The notes beneath the pieces are model-generated. The model was not told the DNA's origin and did no database searches. It worked only from the letters and a program-made list of their open reading frames with translations. Below are positions 1 through 6,757 of a DNA stretch of 23,158 bases, in pieces. The stretch comes from a virus. The position numbers were made by a program, and so were the translations under genes. Numbering within the stretch: position 1 is the stretch's first letter; each line of letters opens with the position of its first letter. The stretch lies in IMG/VR virus record IMGVR_UViG_3300048599_000489. One strand, 5' to 3'.

Positions 1-1737
1 TCAAAAGGAAACGAGGGTGGTGGCGGATCGGGAGACGAAGAAAAAGCTGAAAGCGTTCTTTCTTCTGCGCGCTCCGAAGCGAAAAAACCAAAGGCCCCGG
101 AGGTAGTTACTGGGAACGAAGCGGAAAGCCGCCGGCAGCGTCTGGCCGATGCTACCGACCGCGCCAAAAACGCTGCGCCCCCCGAAGACGACATTCCCGA
201 CGTCGACGCCATGCTTTCAGGAATCCGCAGCAAGTTCGGGAAGAAGCCCATTCCGGTGAAAGCGAAAGAAAAAGAGCCGGAAAAGACTGGAACGGCTCCC
301 GTTGTTGATGAAAAATCTGGAAAAGAAAAAAAGCCAGCCAAGATCGAATATAATGCCAAACGCAAGAACGGCAAGATCACTCGCAATTCAGATGGATCAA
401 TTTCAATCCAATCACCTTATTCTCAGGCTTTCGCCCAGCATGCCCGCGAAAATGGCGGAACCTGGAATAAAGAAAATCGTACGTGGGATTTCAAATCCGG
501 CGAAGGCGCAGAAGCCATGCAGGACTATTTCCATCGTCGCTTCAACGATACCAATGACCCCAAAGTGAAAGAGGGAATGGTACAGGAAGCGGGAAAGAAT
601 CGCGCGGAAGCCTCAAAAAATAAGGTCTTTGACCCTTCACGTAAAAACGGGAAAGTAACTCATTACAAAGACGGATCGACTTCTTTTTCTACTCCACGCG
701 ATCAGGATTTCATCGATCAGGCCCATGCCCATCATGGAAAATGGGACGGAAATTCAGGCACGTGGAATTTCAAAGACCCGGTTGATTCAAAGGCAATGGA
801 ATCTTATTTCGATTCTCACTACAACGATCTGGGCCATCCAGATGTAAGCAAAGCGAATAACGAGAAAATCGAAAAAGACCGCGCTGCCGCCGCCGAGAAA
901 ATCTCTCAGGAAAACAAGAGTGAGTCTTTGGCTTACGATCCCAAAAAGAAAACTGGCAGGATCAAGCAGACAAATGCCGGCGTCGCCTTTTCGGGCGATT
1001 ATGACCCTGGCTTCGTTTCTGAAATCAAGGCAATCCCCGGAAGACGATGGGACGGGGATAGTAAATCCTGGGTGGTTCCCTCTTCACAGTACGACGCTGC
1101 GAAGAAAGTGTTCGATAAGCATTACAACAATGCCAGCAATGGAACCGTAGGGGCGGCTGCTGCTCAGGCGATCAGCAAACAAAAAGCAGAAGAGCGGGCC
1201 GAATACGAAAAGAATGCGTCCTCTAATCCTGCCACCCAGAAACAACTTGACTACATCGACACGCTGATGGCCCGGTCGGGAAAGACCGAAGGTCATCAAT
1301 CTTTTCAGGATGAAAAAGGGAATATTTCCCAGAAAAAGGCCAGTGAAGTCATTGATTCTTTGAAGCAGTCAGCTACAGAAGACCTGGAGAGAAATGTTCC
1401 CGGAATCAGCGAGTTGCGTGCCGCAAAAAATCATGCGTACAATGAATCAAGGCGGTATGACAGTCAAATGGAAGAAATGATGGATTCTGAAAGTAACGAC
1501 GGTGTTATGCCTCCCAAGAAGATTGATCAGAGTATTATCGACAGAGCGAATCAACTTTCTCAAAAATATCCGCGTGCAGATGCCTATACCCGCGCTGAAG
1601 GATATACCCTGTCGAACAACTCATATAAGTACTCAGCTGGCAAAAAAGCGATGGAGCTTCTGGCCAGTGGCGGCGACCTGAACGAAGCCAACAACATACT
1701 TGAGAACTGGCTTCCAGAATCAGCGATTTTTGATTAA
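1..1737 (+). CDS. 5'-truncated large head-module protein (>=578 aa): low-complexity linker, 3 HARP/DUF5710-like repeats, DUF3072-like helical motif, C-terminal conserved hypothetical domain; possibly the C-terminal extension of a portal or other virion-packaged protein
   Basis: Frame 1 has no stop from base 1 (SKGNEGGGGSGDEEK...) through the track's Met at 211 to TAA 1735-1737. Three aligned repeats at aa 47-112, 140-205, 242-306 of the 211 ORF, each with G-x-W-[DN]-x(4-5)-W. PATQKQLDYIDTL...ISQKKASEVIDSL resembles DUF3072. Lies directly upstream of MuF, where portal normally sits. Confidence 0.6.
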   Translation, partial: SKGNEGGGGSGDEEKAESVLSSARSEAKKPKAPEVVTGNEAESRRQRLADATDRAKNAAPPEDDIPDVDAMLSGIRSKFGKKPIPVKAKEKEPEKTGTAPVVDEKSGKEKKPAKIEYNAKRKNGKITRNSDGSISIQSPYSQAFAQHARENGGTWNKENRTWDFKSGEGAEAMQDYFHRRFNDTNDPKVKEGMVQEAGKNRAEASKNKVFDPSRKNGKVTHYKDGSTSFSTPRDQDFIDQAHAHHGKWDGNSGTWNFKDPVDSKAMESYFDSHYNDLGHPDVSKANNEKIEKDRAAAAEKISQENKSESLAYDPKKKTGRIKQTNAGVAFSGDYDPGFVSEIKAIPGRRWDGDSKSWVVPSSQYDAAKKVFDKHYNNASNGTVGAAAAQAISKQKAEERAEYEKNASSNPATQKQLDYIDTLMARSGKTEGHQSFQDEKGNISQKKASEVIDSLKQSATEDLERNVPGISELRAAKNHAYNESRRYDSQMEEMMDSESNDGVMPPKKIDQSIIDRANQLSQKYPRADAYTRAEGYTLSNNSYKYSAGKKAMELLASGGDLNEANNILENWLPESAIFD

Positions 1738-1757
1738 TTAACCACAAAAGGTGAAAT

Positions 1758-1973
1758 ATGAATCAGTATGAACTTGCAATCGATACCCTGAATTTCTATT
1801 TCGACGAGCCGATCAAAGAGGCGGTCAAGCACCTCCCTGAGCCGTCTCTGCTGGCAAATATTCTGCGCGAGAAGGGTGCAGACAACCCGGAAGAAAGAGC
1901 GCAGGCCGTGGATTTTTATTTCGGAAGCAAAACTGTTCTGGTGAAAAAATATGCCAAAGAAGAGACTGACTGA
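1758..1973 (+). CDS. hypothetical protein, 71 aa
   Basis: SD-like AAGGTGA just upstream of the ATG; fills the gap between ORF1 and MuF on the same strand. Confidence 0.7.
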   Translation: MNQYELAIDTLNFYFDEPIKEAVKHLPEPSLLANILREKGADNPEERAQAVDFYFGSKTVLVKKYAKEETD

Positions 1974-2718
1974 TCTTCGCCGCAAAGAACTGCGTGAGCA
2001 GGAGAAGCAAACTGCCGCCCTGACTGAAATTATTCAAGGTGAGCTGAATTGGCTTTCCAGACGGGTTCAGGAGCGCATTAGAAGATTGAACTCCCAAAAG
2101 CCAGGTGCTGGCTCCCCATCCCGGCGGCTGAAAAAAGCCGATTTTACGGGTGTTGATTTTTGGGAGCTATTCAAAATCCGCCTTCAGGCGAAAATTCTCA
2201 GCGCTCTTGAATCCGGTGTGATTACTCTGGCCCAGCTTCAGCAGCTTGAGCCAGATAAACCTTTTAATCTGGACACCGCCGAGATTGCCAAGGGGATGGA
2301 GGCAGAGGTTGGTGAACGGGTAACGAATATCACCAATGACCTCAAAAGAAAAGTCGGTCAGAATGTCATGGCCTGGTACAATACCCCAGGTATGACCGTG
2401 CGCGATCTAAACAATCGTCTTGCTGTGAATTTCAGTCCATCGCGCGCAAAGCTGATTGCTCAGACGGAAATTACCATTTTGGATTCTGCTGTTCAGGATG
2501 CCGTTGCTGAAAAAATGGGATACACAAACTGGTGGTGGATGACCATGCGCGATCAACTGGTTTGCACCCGAAAAATGATTGGCCCGGATGGGCAGAAATA
2601 CAACGGATGCAGAGAGTTGCACGGGAAAATATTCACTCGTGGCCAGTGGCGGCCGCCGAAAGGCAGTCACCCAGGTTGCCGGTGTCATTCGATAAACATT
2701 GCCAGGTCAGCAGCATGA
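1951..2718 (+). CDS. phage head morphogenesis protein, MuF / SPP1 gp7 family, short form with no C-terminal extension
   Basis: RAKLIAQTE, WWWMTMRDQLVC, CRELHGKIF and PPKGSHPGCRC match the Phage_Mu_F pattern RA..IARTE / W.T..D..VC / C..L.G..F / PP.HPNCRC; GGTGA SD at 1940-1944. Confidence 0.93.
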   Translation: MPKKRLTDLRRKELREQEKQTAALTEIIQGELNWLSRRVQERIRRLNSQKPGAGSPSRRLKKADFTGVDFWELFKIRLQAKILSALESGVITLAQLQQLEPDKPFNLDTAEIAKGMEAEVGERVTNITNDLKRKVGQNVMAWYNTPGMTVRDLNNRLAVNFSPSRAKLIAQTEITILDSAVQDAVAEKMGYTNWWWMTMRDQLVCTRKMIGPDGQKYNGCRELHGKIFTRGQWRPPKGSHPGCRCHSINIARSAA

Positions 2719-2885
2719 AGATGCAGTACGAACTTTCACTATCGGAGTGGCATCTAATTTTGAGACTTCGGCAAATTTCAAAAGACGAGAAGCCCAGGAT
2801 ATGCCTTGTCACGGTAAATCCAATGACAATCTCTATTCCTGAGAAAACAGAAAATCTCGAACCTGAAAAAGAAAAGGTGGTATAG
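2715..2885 (+). CDS. hypothetical protein, 56 aa (MKMQYELSLSEWHLILRLRQ...)
   Basis: ATG 2715 overlaps the MuF TGA (ATGA); the track's 2532 start is an upstream extension inside MuF. Confidence 0.65.
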   Translation: MKMQYELSLSEWHLILRLRQISKDEKPRICLVTVNPMTISIPEKTENLEPEKEKVV

Positions 2886-2889
2886 CTTT

Positions 2890-3024
2890 ATGGGATGGAT
2901 CGAGAAGCAATTGAAAGAGCTTGGTTTTTGGCTGTGCGGAGAGTGTGGTAAATATCATCGCCCGGAAGAGAAGCATTGCCCCCAGACAGGAAAAGAAAGA
3001 AAAGAAGCCGAAAAGAAACTATAG
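2890..3024 (+). CDS. 44-aa putative zinc-binding protein (MGWIEKQLKELGFWLCGECGKYHRPEEKHCPQTGKERKEAEKKL); not in ORF track
   Basis: Hand translation: ATG 2890 to TAG 3022-3024, 4 nt after the previous stop and just before the terminator; CxxC..H...HC. Confidence 0.55.
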   Translation: MGWIEKQLKELGFWLCGECGKYHRPEEKHCPQTGKERKEAEKKL

Positions 3025-3028
3025 ACTA

Positions 3029-3056
3029 AAAGCCCCCGCAAAAAAACGGGGGCTTT
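3029..3056. terminator. bidirectional intrinsic terminator
   Basis: Perfect 10-bp stem AAAGCCCCCG / CGGGGGCTTT with an 8-nt loop, lying between convergent genes. Confidence 0.85.
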
Positions 3057-3061
3057 GATAG

Positions 3062-3253
3062 TTATCTCGACTTTCTTTCTTGTTCAGCTTTGACCAGATT
3101 TCGGATTGTCTCGCTCATTCCACCCGGCTGATTAATCAGCCACTGGATCATCTCTCTTGGAAGCCACAGGTTTGTCGATACTAAATGTTCTCCAAAATAC
3201 GATGGACGGCCTTTTTTCCCGGAAACTTTTTTATTCTCTGAACTTTCTTCCAT
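3062..3253 (-). CDS. ribbon-helix-helix-like DNA-binding protein (BrnA/CopG-like), 63 aa
   Basis: KKGRP...STNLWLPREMIQWL...GGMSETIRNLVK: GRP motif, strand, then two helices split by GG; SD AAAGGAGG at the end of the upstream gene. Confidence 0.6.
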   Translation of the reverse strand: MEESSENKKVSGKKGRPSYFGEHLVSTNLWLPREMIQWLINQPGGMSETIRNLVKAEQERKSR

Positions 3254-3255
3254 GA

Positions 3256-3915
3256 CTATCCTCCTTTCGTATTGGGTGATTTTACTAATACAGACGTTCT
3301 TTTTTTGTATTTTTCTGGCTTATAAAAATAGTAATGCGATTCATAACTCATTTCGCTATCTCGCAAAACCGGGTGTTCTCCATCCCACCCCGGAAACGGA
3401 ATAGAGCGGGACCCGTCTTTTTCGCGAACAGGATCCTCATCTGCCCACCGAGGCAGTTTATCCAGTCTTAGCCAGGCGGAATTTACTTCCCATTCCCAGC
3501 AACCATGTTTTGTTGCCAGATCATTCAAATCCGTATCTGCATCTCCGACGGCAGTGGTGTCTCCTCCAATAAACTCATAAACCTCAAGCCCAAATAAGTG
3601 TGGCAATGAATGGGGAGCATGACGCCAGCGATACATATATCCAGCTCCGAAATACCAACCAGCTTCGCTAATCATTTGCTGCCATTCCTGCATGGAGTGA
3701 TATTCTTTGATCAGCCTGTAAGTATCAGCCGGGCGAGAAAAAACAGTGAGGTTAGCGGTATTTTCGAAATCTTCTTTCCGCGACTCCACCATACCGGCAT
3801 AACGAATCCAGAGCATGGCAAAAGTATTATCGGTATCCGGGACGGAAAGCGTGATCGTCTTTGGAATATAGAGCGTTTGTTTTTTTACCGTCGAGATAAT
3901 GCAATTTTCTTCCAT
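3256..3915 (-). CDS. hypothetical protein, 219 aa
   Basis: Long ORF with SD GGAGAAAGGA; stop is 2 nt before the next start; no motif recognised. Confidence 0.75.
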   Translation of the reverse strand: MEENCIISTVKKQTLYIPKTITLSVPDTDNTFAMLWIRYAGMVESRKEDFENTANLTVFSRPADTYRLIKEYHSMQEWQQMISEAGWYFGAGYMYRWRHAPHSLPHLFGLEVYEFIGGDTTAVGDADTDLNDLATKHGCWEWEVNSAWLRLDKLPRWADEDPVREKDGSRSIPFPGWDGEHPVLRDSEMSYESHYYFYKPEKYKKRTSVLVKSPNTKGG

Positions 3916-3917
3916 TG

Positions 3918-3970
3918 AATTATTCCTTTCTCCCGGTCTATGCCCTGGCCGGAAAGGGGAAATTATTTAG
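3918..3970. repeat. intergenic hairpin cassette, copy 1
   Basis: AATTATTCCTTTCTCC (3918-3933) and AAATTATTTAG (3960-3970) are identical to 4218-4233 and 4261-4271. Confidence 0.85.
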
Positions 3971-4010
3971 TAACCTGCCTTGCGAAAAAAATCTTTCTCG
4001 CGAAAACGAG

Positions 4011-4217
4011 CTACGCCTCCTTTCCATTTTTGACTATATATTGATCACGTTTGATGCGTGCCTCAGCCAAAGAACTTGCGGTACAGGAGAAAAGTTCCCC
4101 ATTTGCAAAGCGAAATTCATACTGGATCATATTTTGCTTAAGAATGTAGCTGTAAAATTTTTCCCATTTCTCTTCGCCGAGATTGCATGTAGAAACGCTA
4201 TTTGTGTGTAGAGTCAT
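4011..4217 (-). CDS. DUF3873-like hypothetical protein, 68 aa
   Basis: SVSTC..GEE.WEKF...QYEFRFANGELFSCTASSLAEARIKRD resembles, from memory, the DUF3873 consensus (S.C..GEE.Y..F...YQYDYRH.DGELFSCV..TL.ECR..RD). Confidence 0.6.
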   Translation of the reverse strand: MTLHTNSVSTCNLGEEKWEKFYSYILKQNMIQYEFRFANGELFSCTASSLAEARIKRDQYIVKNGKEA

Positions 4218-4271
4218 AATTATTCCTTTCTCCTGGTGTTTCTCCCCGCCAGGAGGGAATAAATTATTTAG
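4218..4271. repeat. intergenic hairpin cassette, copy 2
   Basis: Same conserved blocks as copy 1; 14-bp stem with a 3-nt bulge (4220-4236 with 4249-4262) containing the SD of the 68-aa gene. Confidence 0.85.
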
Positions 4272-4645
4272 GCCAGATCGGGGCCAATAAGATCAGAGAG
4301 TACATCATCGTTTTCGCGGTAGTAGTACTCTAAAGCATTGAGGATTTTGGAAAACTCTCCACTATCTTTTTGGTCTTTATTCCGCGAGGCGCTATCTGCC
4401 GCCTTTTCTAAGAGGCCATAAGTCAAGAGGATGCGATCTGTTTCGATTTTGATTTCTTTTTCGACAGAAGCGCGTGCCTCTTCCGCTGTTTCCCCTGGAA
4501 AAACAAAGGCAACTTTTTTGGTGATTTTGTTGATCGCAATTGCGTAATATTTCGGGCAAGGGAGATCAACTCCGAAAAGCATTTTAGTGGTCTCTTCGGT
4601 TTCTCTCTTTTGTTTGTTTTCGCCGACTTCAATTTCGTATCTCAT
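4268..4645 (-). CDS. hypothetical protein, 125 aa; first gene of the leftward island operon
   Basis: SD AAAGGAG upstream of the ATG and a promoter at 4679-4706. Confidence 0.75.
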   Translation of the reverse strand: MRYEIEVGENKQKRETEETTKMLFGVDLPCPKYYAIAINKITKKVAFVFPGETAEEARASVEKEIKIETDRILLTYGLLEKAADSASRNKDQKDSGEFSKILNALEYYYRENDDVLSDLIGPDLA

Positions 4646-4678
4646 TTCTATCTCCTTTTTTGTCTCGCTTACAATATT

Positions 4679-4706
4679 ATTGTATACCGATATATATAAT
4701 AGTCAA
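4679..4706 (-). promoter_or_regulatory. leftward sigma70-type promoter with overlapping inverted repeat
   Basis: Minus strand TTGACT (4706-4701), 16 bp, TACAAT (4684-4679); inverted repeat TACAATA-T-TATTGTA at 4670-4684 overlaps the -10. Confidence 0.7.
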
Positions 4707-4769
4707 TACTTATACGATTGCTCCGTCAAACTCTAATCTTTTGTTCTATGGGTGTTCTAAATTTTTTCA

Positions 4770-4806
4770 TTGACAATGCACTATATAGTGCCTATACTAT
4801 ATAGTA
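4770..4806 (+). promoter_or_regulatory. rightward sigma70-type promoter with two palindromic operator candidates
   Basis: TTGACA (4770-4775), 17 bp, TATACT (4793-4798); palindromes GCACTATATAGTGC (4778-4791) and TACTATATAGTA (4795-4806) share the core ACTATATAGT. Confidence 0.85.
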
Positions 4807-4821
4807 ACAAAGGAGATAAAA

Positions 4822-5019
4822 ATGGTAGAGAAAAATTTATCCATAACTGTATCAGTTAAAATCAAACGGGCCGATTATCTGCGGGCCAAAAAATTCGCTG
4901 AAGCCAAGGGAATCACTATCGAGGAAGCAATCCACGAACTAATTTCCCCGGATGCCCTGGTTGTTACCCCTTTGAAACATCACTGGACTGCCGAAGAAAT
5001 TCTTCGGCGGGAGGGATAG
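4822..5019 (+). CDS. ribbon-helix-helix-like (Arc/CopG-type) regulator, 65 aa
   Basis: Alternating strand SITVSVKI followed by helices ADYLRAKKFAEAKG / ITIEEAIHELI; SD AAAGGAG; first gene after the promoter. Confidence 0.6.
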   Translation: MVEKNLSITVSVKIKRADYLRAKKFAEAKGITIEEAIHELISPDALVVTPLKHHWTAEEILRREG

Positions 5020-5020
5020 C

Positions 5021-5197
5021 ATGGGAGAAAATAAAATCCCACCCCCCAAAAGAAATTCTTCTGACCCGGATACATCTCTTTCTCTGGGAGAAAAGAGACG
5101 CGACTGGCTAAAGAAGAATGGCGGCATTCAGCCCGTCATCAAGAAATTGATTGATGACGCAATCGATTCTGAAAAAGAAGATGGAGATAAAAAGTGA
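5021..5197 (+). CDS. second RHH-like protein, 58 aa (MGENKIPPPKRNSSDPDTSLSLGEKRRDWLKKNGGIQPVIKKLIDDAIDSEKEDGDKK); not in ORF track
   Basis: Hand translation; SD GGAGGG; TGA overlaps the next GTG start; SLSL....DWL...GG....IKKLI parallels NLWL....QWL...GG....IRNLV of 3062-3253. Confidence 0.65.
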   Translation: MGENKIPPPKRNSSDPDTSLSLGEKRRDWLKKNGGIQPVIKKLIDDAIDSEKEDGDKK

Positions 5198-5502
5198 ACG
5201 AGGAACTGAAAGCGTGCCCGTTCTGCGGAGGAACGGATATAAAAGAAATCAGGGTTCATTTGTCTTTTTGGCACGAGTGTCTAAGTTGTGGAGCCCGTGG
5301 GCCATTGGATTCTGTTTCCAATTTTGAAAAAAATATATCGTGGAATTCCCGTCCCCGCGAAAAATCTCTTCAGGAGCTATTTGAAAATAACTTCAAGGTG
5401 GTTGTTCACCAAATAGCCAAGGCCAATAATGCAATGGCCCGCGCGAAACTTGTTGATGCCACTATTGCGCGAATTGAAGAACTCGAAAATCGCGTGATTT
5501 GA
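5194..5502 (+). CDS. Lar-family restriction alleviation-like zinc-ribbon protein with C-terminal coiled coil; probably the 5' part of a frameshifted Lar-DUF551 fusion
   Basis: ELKACPFCGG...CLSCGARGP...WNSR matches the Lar_restr_allev pattern LKPCPFCG..C..CGA.GP..WN.R. Confidence 0.8.
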   Translation: MNEELKACPFCGGTDIKEIRVHLSFWHECLSCGARGPLDSVSNFEKNISWNSRPREKSLQELFENNFKVVVHQIAKANNAMARAKLVDATIARIEELENRVI

Positions 5503-5713
5503 GCTCGAGGCGGAACGCCGGTGGATACCGGTATCTCAACGAAATCCACTAGGTAATGAGCCGGTTATTGTGCTTGTAAACGGAGAAGTAAGGGGTGATT
5601 ATAGATTTTTTGATAATAAATGGTGGCGCTTTTTCTTGGGAGACGATATGGCGTACAAACGCCCAACTCACTGGATGACAATTCAGGAACCACCAAAGGA
5701 GGAAAAGAAATGA
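5501..5713 (+). pseudogene. DUF551-like domain in the +1 frame with no start codon of its own (70 codons, ELEAERRWIPVSQRNP...RPTHWMTIQEPPKEEKK)
   Basis: WIPVS..P and THWM.I.EPP are DUF551 hallmarks; in-frame TGA at 5495-5497 precludes an upstream start; its TGA (5711-5713) overlaps the next ATG (5710). Confidence 0.75.
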
Positions 5714-6276
5714 ATGACGACTGGACGTTAGAAAAAATAATTGGACATCTGCAAGAAACTCAGGATGAAATCAAGTGTCTTCAAGCTACAATCAATAATA
5801 AGGATGTTATTCTGGAAGAGTATAGAAAAAATGCCGAGCAACTACAGAAAAAATTTGACGAGGCACAGGAATTTTATCCTCTTGCAATGTACACACCTGA
5901 ACAGGTACGTGAAATGTCAGACGCTGATTTGTGCGAGGCATTGTCATTCAGTAGAGAACCGAAGCCAATTGAAACCGAAATTGAACCAACAAAAGAATCA
6001 TTTTGTGAATCTAGATATTCACAAAATGGGAACTGGATCAATTACTGGATACTGAGTGAAGACTTTAGAAAACACATAAAATACTGGCAACCTATCGATT
6101 GGTTTTCTCCGGAAAACTGGACAAAATTGCAAGAAGAATTACATATTGATACTCTCCATTTTCAATGCGATAAACACTGGTTTGCGCTTATTCCAGAAAA
6201 GGTATATTGCTGTTCTGACCGTCTCTCGCGTGCCATCCTCGAAGCGGCGCTGTTGTGCGGACAGGAGGAGAAATGA
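5710..6276 (+). CDS. hypothetical protein, 188 aa: N-terminal coiled coil plus possible phage ABA-sandwich-like domain
   Basis: SD AAGGAGG and ATGA overlap favour 5710 over the track's 5620; MSDADLCEAL...WQPIDW...RAILEAAL loosely fits the Phage_ABA_S pattern. Confidence 0.55.
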   Translation: MNDDWTLEKIIGHLQETQDEIKCLQATINNKDVILEEYRKNAEQLQKKFDEAQEFYPLAMYTPEQVREMSDADLCEALSFSREPKPIETEIEPTKESFCESRYSQNGNWINYWILSEDFRKHIKYWQPIDWFSPENWTKLQEELHIDTLHFQCDKHWFALIPEKVYCCSDRLSRAILEAALLCGQEEK

Positions 6277-6458
6277 TTTGCCAATTGTACGATTCTAAAT
6301 CAACAAGTCAAGAAAAAGCGCACGGATGTGCTTGTCATTCGCCTGTATGCCAACCTTCTAGCGATTGCGAAGGTCATTTATCTCAAGGGAAATGCACTGT
6401 TCCTGCAATTGTTTGGAAGAAAATTGTTTTGATCGAACAGGAAATGGAGAAGAAATGA
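6273..6458 (+). CDS. Cys-rich hypothetical protein, 61 aa
   Basis: ATGA overlaps at both ends; SD AGGAGG; six Cys. Confidence 0.65.
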   Translation: MICQLYDSKSTSQEKAHGCACHSPVCQPSSDCEGHLSQGKCTVPAIVWKKIVLIEQEMEKK

Positions 6459-6757
6459 GTGATGAGGTTAGAAGTCGGGTTTATGAATTAATTGATGCCG
6501 AGCGCGATCGACAAGATAAAAAATGGGGAGCAAGTCGTTGTTTGCCGGCTTCTTTGTGGATGAACATTTTGACGGAAGAAGTTGGGGAAACCGCCGAAAC
6601 TGTTCTGAAAAACTTGCCAGAGGAAAATCTGAAAGAACTCGTGCAAGTTGCTGCGGTGGCAGTTGCCTGGCTCGAAGGAATTCTGGCCAACAATATTGCC
6701 ACTAACGGCGACTTGACAGACATTTGCCCAAATTGTGGAGAAAGGATTATGAAATGA
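6455..6757 (+). CDS. MazG-like nucleotide pyrophosphohydrolase with C-terminal CxxC, 100 aa
   Basis: ERDRQDKKWG...ILTEEVGETAE...KELVQVAAVAVAWLE: EExxE and ExxQ helices of the all-alpha NTP-PPase superfamily; ATGA overlap supports the 6455 start. Confidence 0.82.
   Translation: MSDEVRSRVYELIDAERDRQDKKWGASRCLPASLWMNILTEEVGETAETVLKNLPEENLKELVQVAAVAVAWLEGILANNIATNGDLTDICPNCGERIMK

Noticed and set aside
1-1737. ORF1 as a SNF2/SMARCAL1-like helicase because of the HARP-like repeats
   Set aside because: No Walker A/B or helicase motifs follow the repeats before the stop, and the context is a head module.
3610-4211. Plus-strand ORFs 3610-3918 and 3915-4211
   Set aside because: The SDs, promoter and hairpin cassettes all support the minus-strand genes here.
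4990-5061. Palindrome GCCGAAGAA-A-TTCTTCGGC and a second AAGAAATTCTT as operators
   Set aside because: The same 11-mer occurs at 12682-12692 simply encoding KEIL, so codon usage can explain it; not near a promoter.
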